Below, in pieces: positions 9,306-14,173 of a stretch of DNA of 14,173 nt; position 1 is the stretch's first letter, and every line of letters begins with the position of its first letter. The translations under genes were made by a program, and so were the position numbers. The DNA is from a bacterium (GTDB lineage Bacteria > DYJV01 > JALVYZ01). Where the stretch lies: NCBI GenBank assembly GCA_027037705.1, contig JALVYZ010000444.1:1-14173 (forward strand), written 5' to 3'. Under the pieces are notes generated by a model that did not search any database, was not told the origin of the DNA, and saw only the letters and a program-made list of their open reading frames with translations.

Positions 9306-9389
9306 TGCCGAGGGCGGGAATCGAACCCGCACGGAGTTGCCCCCACCAGATTTTGAGTCTGGCGCGTCTCCCAGTTCCGCCACCTCGGC
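9306..9389 (-). tRNA. tRNA-Leu (anticodon CAA), class II with long variable arm. CCA is not encoded.
   Basis: Minus-strand sequence gccgaggtggcggaactgggagacgcgccagaCTCAAAAtctggtgggggcaactccgtgcgggttcgattcccgccctcggca. There is a 7-bp acceptor stem (gccgagg/cctcggc), an anticodon loop cuCAAaa, a long variable arm and a T-loop GGTTCGATTCC. It is about 62% GC against a roughly 30% GC background. After the discriminator A comes tat, so CCA is not encoded. Confidence 0.9.
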
Positions 9390-9416
9390 GATTGTAAAAA
9401 GCAGTAATTTCAGTGA

Positions 9417-9445
9417 TTCATAGCATTTTGATATTACTTTGTCAA
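9417..9445 (-). promoter_or_regulatory. Sigma70-like promoter for tRNA-Leu, and possibly the downstream secreted-protein gene.
   Basis: On the minus strand: TTGACA (plus 9440-9445), a 17-nt spacer, then TATGAA (plus 9417-9422). This is about 27 nt upstream of the tRNA 5' end. The -35 is perfect and the -10 matches 4/6. Confidence 0.45.
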
Positions 9446-9452
9446 TATATAA

Positions 9453-10382
9453 TTAGGATTTAAAAAACTTTCCCTGATATGAATTTCTATCCTCTAATTC
9501 TTTATTAATAGCATTTAGAACTTTTAATTTGTTTTTTGCCCATTCAGGAGCAATAAATATATCTTTATAACCATCAGCAGTTAATCTTTGAATTACTAAA
9601 TTTTGGGGTAAAATTTCCAATATATCTACTACTATTTTTACATATTCATCCATTGTTAACAACCTAAATTTTTCTTTTTGATAGATTTTTTCAAGTAATG
9701 TTCCTTTTAATACGAGCAAACAGTGAATTTTAAGTCCATGTATTGGCAATTTTGATACAAATTGTGCTGTTTCCATTATCATGTCATAATTTTCATAAGG
9801 TAAGCCAACTATTATATGAACACAAATTTTTATATTTTTTTTGGTGGTAAGTTCAATAGCCTCAATAAATTGTTGTAAAGAATGACCACGATTTATAAAT
9901 TTTAATGTTGAATCATGAATTGACTGTAGTCCATATTCAATCCATATTTCTTTATCATATTTATTAAGAGAATCAATTAAATCTAATTTTTCATTATCTA
10001 TACAATCAGGTCTTGTCCCAATGGATATCCCTACAATTTCATTATCTTTTAATGGAATTTTGTATATTTTTTCTAATGTTTTAACATCAGAATAGGTATT
10101 TGTGAATGTTTGGAAATATGCAAAGAATTTTTTCGCATTTTGTGTTTTTTTATAAAACTCTTTACCTAATTTAATCTGTTCTTCAATAGGGACAATTACT
10201 TTTCCATTTTTTCTATATCTTGAGCCTCGTCCGTCACAATAAACACATCCACCAAAACCCACCAACCCATCTCTATTAGGGCACGAAAATCCAGCATCTA
10301 TAGTAACTTTATAGACTTTCTCTTCAAATCTATTAATTAAATATGTTTTGAAATCAAAATATCTTTTTCCACTTTTGTACAT
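9453..10382 (-). CDS. Radical SAM protein, TIGR01212 family (E. coli YhcC-like). Function unknown.
   Basis: 309 aa. The N-terminal region VTIDAGFSCPNRDGLVGFGGCVYCD carries the non-canonical Cys cluster (CPNRDG...GGCxYC) that I recognise from the TIGR01212/YhcC family. Length is typical. Confidence 0.8.
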   Translation of the reverse strand: MYKSGKRYFDFKTYLINRFEEKVYKVTIDAGFSCPNRDGLVGFGGCVYCDGRGSRYRKNGKVIVPIEEQIKLGKEFYKKTQNAKKFFAYFQTFTNTYSDVKTLEKIYKIPLKDNEIVGISIGTRPDCIDNEKLDLIDSLNKYDKEIWIEYGLQSIHDSTLKFINRGHSLQQFIEAIELTTKKNIKICVHIIVGLPYENYDMIMETAQFVSKLPIHGLKIHCLLVLKGTLLEKIYQKEKFRLLTMDEYVKIVVDILEILPQNLVIQRLTADGYKDIFIAPEWAKNKLKVLNAINKELEDRNSYQGKFFKS

Positions 10383-10395
10383 TTTTTAAAGATGG

Positions 10396-10425
10396 GAAAA
10401 CCTCTTCCTTTTTTAAGGAAGAGGT
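10396..10425 (-). terminator. Strong hairpin (13-bp perfect stem, 4-nt loop), a candidate intrinsic terminator or attenuator after the acyl-CoA synthetase gene.
   Basis: Plus strand: aaacctcttcctt tttt aaggaagaggttt. On the minus-strand RNA the stem is followed by UUUUCCCAUCUUU. It abuts the radical SAM ATG (10382), with only about 12 nt between them. Confidence 0.55.
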
Positions 10426-10432
10426 TTAAATC

Positions 10433-12013
10433 TTATAATTTAAAGGAAGATTCTATGCCTGCATATTTTTTTCTAAGTTTAGGCTTTTCAATCTTACCAG
10501 TTGGATTTCTTGGGACATCATCAAAATAAACCTTTCTTGGTCTTTTATATCTTGGTAATTTTTCACAATATTTTAAAACATCTTCTTCTGATAAATCTCT
10601 ACCAGGTTTTAATTTTATAATTGCAATTGGAATTTCGCCAAGTCTTTCATCTGGAATTCCTATTACTGCAGCGTCTTGAATATCAGGATGTTCTGCTAAA
10701 AAGTCTTCAATTTCAACTGGGAATATATTTTCTCCACCAACAATAATAATATCTTTTTTTCTATCTACAAGATAAATAAAACCATCTTCATCCACTCTTG
10801 CCATATCTCCAGTATATAGCCATCCATCTCTTAAAGCATTTTTTGTTGCTTCTGGATTTTTGTAATAACATTTCATAACTCCAGGACCTTTTACTACTAA
10901 CTCTCCTGGTTCTCCTTTTTTAACAGGATTACCTTCAAGATCAACAATTTTATATTCCCAATCAAATCCTGGAATTCCAATAGCTCCAACTTTATGAATA
11001 TTTCCGATTCCAAGATGAACACATCCTGGCCCTGTTGCTTCACTTAAGCCATAATTTGTGTCATATTGATGATGTGGAAAAACTTTAAGCCAATTTTTTA
11101 TTAATGCAGGTGGAACAGGTTGTGCCCCAATGTGCATTAACCTCCATTGGTCTAATTTGTAATCTTTTAAATTTATCTCTCCATTTTCTATTGCAACTAA
11201 TATATCTTGTGCCCATGGAACAAGGAGCCATACTATTGTGCCCTGCTCTTCTGACACAGCTTCAATAATCCATTTTGGACTTACTCCTTTTAAAATAACA
11301 GCTTTAGCTCCAACTATAAAATTCCCAAACCAGTGCATTTTAGCACCTGTATGATATAAAGGAGGAATTAATATAAAATTATCTTCATGGGTTTGAAGAT
11401 GGTGCCTATTTTCTACAATACAAGCAGATTCAAGGTTTCTATGAGTTAATAATATTGGTTTTGGCTGCCCTGTTGTCCCAGATGTAAAATATAATGCAGC
11501 ATCATCTGTAATTTCTAATGGAATTTTTGGATCATCAGCTGGATACTTTTCTAACAATTTATAATAATCTTCTGCAAAATCAGGACAAGGTGTTTCACCA
11601 TCATTTCCAACAAAAATATATTTTTCAATAAATTTGTCAAGTTTATCTTTTACTTGTTTAATTCTATCAACAAATTCAGGACCAAAAATCATAATTTTAG
11701 CTTCAGAAATTTCTGTACAATAATTAATATCATCAGCTGAAAACCTAAAGTTTAAAGGAACTGCCCATGCTCCTGTTCTGAGAATTCCAAAATAAGTAGG
11801 AAGCCACTCAAGACAATTCATCATTAAGTGTACAACTTTATCACCTTTTTTTACTCCCATATCAATAAGAAAATTTGCAACTTTGTTTGCCTCTTCGTCA
11901 AATTGGAGCCATGTTATTTCTCTTCTTAAATTTTTTTCAGGGACTCTCTCAATTAAAGCAACCTCATCCCCATACATTCTTCTATTTCTTGCAAGAATTT
12001 CAGTTATAATCAT
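10433..12013 (-). CDS. AMP-forming acyl-CoA synthetase / fatty-acid--CoA ligase (ANL superfamily)
   Basis: 526 aa. AMP-binding motif YFTSGTTGQPKPILLTHRNL, plus YTGDMARVDEDGFIYLVDRKKDIIIVGGENIFPVEIE and the C-terminal ...PRNPTGKIEKPKLRK. It is preceded by a GAGGAGG SD. Confidence 0.88.
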   Translation of the reverse strand: MIITEILARNRRMYGDEVALIERVPEKNLRREITWLQFDEEANKVANFLIDMGVKKGDKVVHLMMNCLEWLPTYFGILRTGAWAVPLNFRFSADDINYCTEISEAKIMIFGPEFVDRIKQVKDKLDKFIEKYIFVGNDGETPCPDFAEDYYKLLEKYPADDPKIPLEITDDAALYFTSGTTGQPKPILLTHRNLESACIVENRHHLQTHEDNFILIPPLYHTGAKMHWFGNFIVGAKAVILKGVSPKWIIEAVSEEQGTIVWLLVPWAQDILVAIENGEINLKDYKLDQWRLMHIGAQPVPPALIKNWLKVFPHHQYDTNYGLSEATGPGCVHLGIGNIHKVGAIGIPGFDWEYKIVDLEGNPVKKGEPGELVVKGPGVMKCYYKNPEATKNALRDGWLYTGDMARVDEDGFIYLVDRKKDIIIVGGENIFPVEIEDFLAEHPDIQDAAVIGIPDERLGEIPIAIIKLKPGRDLSEEDVLKYCEKLPRYKRPRKVYFDDVPRNPTGKIEKPKLRKKYAGIESSFKL

Positions 12014-12023
12014 ATTATTACCT

Positions 12024-12044
12024 CCTCTTTTTTATGCAAAGAGG
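12024..12044 (-). promoter_or_regulatory. Small hairpin in the acyl-CoA synthetase 5' leader. Its 3' arm overlaps the Shine-Dalgarno.
   Basis: Plus strand: cctcttt tttatgc aaagagg, a 7-bp stem. On the minus-strand mRNA this reads CCUCUUUgcauaaaAAAGAGGaggUAAUAAUAUG. The 3' arm AAAGAGG shares GAGG with the SD GAGGAGG. Confidence 0.35.
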
Positions 12045-12134
12045 TATTATCAAAAAATGTTTTATTAATCAAGAAAATTTTAAATACAAAATTATTTTTA
12101 ATTTTCAATAACTTTTAATTTTTTGTATTTTATA

Positions 12135-13220
12135 TTATAAAATAGTTTTTAACTCTTTTTCAACATAATCTAAAATAGAATTTATATATTCGAAATTATG
12201 AACACCTAAAGATTTATCATCAATTACTTCTTTATACAATCTTTCAGCATTTTTGAATTTTTCTTTAAATTCTGGATGCTTATATGCTTTTAATTTTGCT
12301 TTTTCATATAACAATTCAATTTGAGTTAATCTATTTTTTATTTTAGTTTTCCATTCTACTAAAGTTTTTCCATACTCTTCATCGCCATCATGACATTCTA
12401 TACAAGTTTTTTGATCAGGAAGTTTTTCAAATGACTTATGACAATCTGTACATTTTAAATCAACCATCACATCTTCATCGCCTTCAACTCCTTTTATTTT
12501 TGCATGTCTAATTTTATCCTGAACTTTATGACAGGTTGTACATTCACTATTTTCAGGTCCACCTTCATCTTCATGGCATTTAAAGCAAGTTTTTTTCATT
12601 TTTAAAGCATAATTTATTCTGAAATCAGGGTGTGCAAAACTATTAAAGTGACAGGATTCGCATCTTAGGTCATTAAAATTCTCAAGATGTTCTTTATGTG
12701 AGAAGTTATATCCTTTAACATAATCTGCTTTTTCAATATCTTTTAAACCATGTTCCTCTCTGTATTGAGGATTAACCACTGAATCAAGTTCTCTAAACTT
12801 TAAAAATTTTGTTGGTAAAGTCATTAAATGAGTGCTTCTAAATTTTTTATTAAAATCATCTGTATGACAAAATAAACAAGATTCTTCAGGAGCCGCATCT
12901 TTTGAAGGATGAGCAAGCTTTTTTTCTATTTCTTCTGTTGAATGCGTAAATTGGGTAATTGGATCTTTTACTGCTATTATTTTTCTAATAAAATAGTTGA
13001 TAACTCCTGGTTTTGCATGGCAATCTAAACACCTAACATCTGCTTTTGCGTGTATAGATTGTTCCCATGTAAACACTTCTCCATTTGGTCCAGGTGATTT
13101 TTTTGGATGGCATAATGCACAAAATTCAGGTTCTGAAGTATAATGAAATATTTCAATTGTTCCAAAAAAACCAACTATCAAAAGAATAATTATTAAAACA
13201 AAGACCTTTTTTTTGCTCAT
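12135..13220 (-). CDS. Membrane-anchored multiheme c-type cytochrome with eight CxxCH motifs. The N-terminal half is NapC/NrfH-like and the C-terminal half is c3/c7-like.
   Basis: 361 aa. N-terminal TM helix (VFVLIIILLIVGFFGTIEIF). Eight CxxCH motifs: CALCH, CLDCH, CLFCH, CESCH, CFKCH, CTTCH, CTDCH, CIECH. The last four are packed into about 80 aa. The last 80 aa are heme-free, helical and K/E-rich. There is a GAGGAGGAGG SD upstream. Confidence 0.85.
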   Translation of the reverse strand: MSKKKVFVLIIILLIVGFFGTIEIFHYTSEPEFCALCHPKKSPGPNGEVFTWEQSIHAKADVRCLDCHAKPGVINYFIRKIIAVKDPITQFTHSTEEIEKKLAHPSKDAAPEESCLFCHTDDFNKKFRSTHLMTLPTKFLKFRELDSVVNPQYREEHGLKDIEKADYVKGYNFSHKEHLENFNDLRCESCHFNSFAHPDFRINYALKMKKTCFKCHEDEGGPENSECTTCHKVQDKIRHAKIKGVEGDEDVMVDLKCTDCHKSFEKLPDQKTCIECHDGDEEYGKTLVEWKTKIKNRLTQIELLYEKAKLKAYKHPEFKEKFKNAERLYKEVIDDKSLGVHNFEYINSILDYVEKELKTIL

Positions 13221-13253
13221 TTTTCCTCCTCCTCTGGGTAAAATGTTAATGCT

Positions 13254-13288
13254 GGTGTTAATAACATATTTGTTTTTTTATTAACACC
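13254..13288. promoter_or_regulatory. Perfect 11-bp inverted repeat (GGTGTTAATAA ... TTATTAACACC) with a 13-nt spacer, upstream of the cytochrome gene. It is a candidate operator or transcription-factor site.
   Basis: Plus 13254-13264 ggtgttaataa and 13278-13288 ttattaacacc are exact reverse complements. The repeat sits 34-68 nt upstream of the cytochrome ATG, where a promoter is expected. There is no U-tract on either strand, so a terminator is unlikely. Confidence 0.4.
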
Positions 13289-13312
13289 ATATTTGAAATC
13301 AAGCGATTTCTG

Positions 13313-14173
13313 TTAGCACAATCTTAAAATTTTTGCAAAAGATTTATTTGGATAGATAAAATTTCTTTTTAGAAAAGTGATATTATTAAATGAAGCGCTA
13401 ATACGAGGAATTTTATCATAATTAATTTTATTGCAAATTAATTTTCTTTCTGTTGTATAAAAATATTTATATCCAAATTGTTTACCTAAATTTAAAGAAA
13501 ATTCATCATATTCTCCCCACGGCCAGCAAAAATGCTCGGGTTCATATCCAAGATGTTGTTTTATTAATTTTTTAGGTAATTCAAATTCTATTGAAAGTCT
13601 TTTTATTCTTTCTTGATAATTTTCAAATCTTTTATCATAAGCAATATATTCAAAATTAACAAATTGACTTTCAATTTTGTAAAATTTATCCTTATCCCAT
13701 TTAACATTTAAATAATTAGTTTTTCTTTGAGGTTCATTTATAAAATAGTATGATGTGAAATGGGAATAGTGATTATGAGAATGAACCTGAATATTAATAA
13801 TCCCACTTTTATACATAATCTCAATTTCATCCCATGATAAAAAATCATTTTCATTATCAATTAACTCTTTAAGAGTAATTTTGCCATTCCAATAATCGTA
13901 TAGATTTTTCCTTGGAGGATTATCTGTTATTTTATTAGTTGTTATAAAAATTGTAGCTTTTAAATTAAATTTTTTCAAAATGGGGTATGCAAAAACAAAA
14001 TTATCGTAATATCCATCGTCAAAAGTTATAATTATTGAATTTTCTTCTAAATTTTCAATTTCCGAAATATCTAAAATTTTTTTATGAGATTTTAAACATT
14101 TCATCTGCCAGTTAAATTTTTTTAAGTTCTTTAATAAAACTCTATGATAAAAAATAATGTATGGATATTTCAT
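13313..14173 (-). CDS. Polysaccharide deacetylase family protein (CE4/NodB-homology). The N-terminus may continue beyond the window edge.
   Basis: 286 aa in the window. It carries the TFDDG motif (IIITFDDGYYDNF) and an H-S-x-x-H motif (VHSHNHYSH) typical of CE4 deacetylases. The ORF begins with ATG exactly at the last 3 nt of the window, so the true start is uncertain. Confidence 0.7.
   Translation of the reverse strand: MKYPYIIFYHRVLLKNLKKFNWQMKCLKSHKKILDISEIENLEENSIIITFDDGYYDNFVFAYPILKKFNLKATIFITTNKITDNPPRKNLYDYWNGKITLKELIDNENDFLSWDEIEIMYKSGIINIQVHSHNHYSHFTSYYFINEPQRKTNYLNVKWDKDKFYKIESQFVNFEYIAYDKRFENYQERIKRLSIEFELPKKLIKQHLGYEPEHFCWPWGEYDEFSLNLGKQFGYKYFYTTERKLICNKINYDKIPRISASFNNITFLKRNFIYPNKSFAKILRLC

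Noticed and set aside
13221-13312. The 11-bp inverted repeat considered as an intrinsic terminator for the deacetylase gene
   Set aside because: There is no U-tract after the stem on either strand. The stem is AT-rich and the loop is long at 13 nt. An operator is more plausible than a terminator, so it is annotated as regulatory instead.
1-14173. CRISPR arrays, IS elements, transposase or integrase genes, and rRNA
   Set aside because: There are no regularly spaced direct repeats, no terminal inverted repeats flanking an ORF, and no recombinase-like ORFs. All large ORFs are accounted for by the calls above.

Overview
This is a very AT-rich bacterial chromosomal segment (roughly 30% GC by eye). 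The one tRNA is strongly GC-rich, which suggests a thermophile with a compact genome. Almost every gene is on the minus strand.

From the left edge there is a tightly packed, mostly overlapping run of housekeeping genes. In order these are a mannose-1-phosphate guanylyltransferase with a cupin domain (partial), uvrB, queA, an SPFH/band-7-like membrane protein with a coiled-coil tail, pnp, and rpsO. A DUF374/lysophospholipid-acyltransferase-like gene follows.

The only plus-strand gene is a small GGCT/AIG2-like gamma-glutamyl cyclotransferase-fold protein. It converges on an orphan secreted, cysteine-containing protein. That protein sits 33 nt downstream of a tRNA-Leu(CAA), which has a good sigma70-like promoter.

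The right half encodes a TIGR01212-type (YhcC-like) radical SAM protein and an AMP-forming acyl-CoA synthetase. It also encodes a membrane-anchored c-type cytochrome with eight CxxCH motifs and a CE4 polysaccharide deacetylase that reaches the window edge.

No CRISPR array, IS element, integrase, or obvious att repeat is visible. Candidate regulatory elements are a 13-bp-stem hairpin abutting the radical SAM start codon and an SD-sequestering hairpin in the acyl-CoA synthetase leader. There is also an 11-bp-arm palindrome upstream of the cytochrome gene.

The best candidates for something uncharacterised are three items. These are the orphan secreted protein with the GGCT-like gene beside the tRNA, the compact eight-heme membrane cytochrome, and the SPFH protein wedged into the rpsO-pnp operon.
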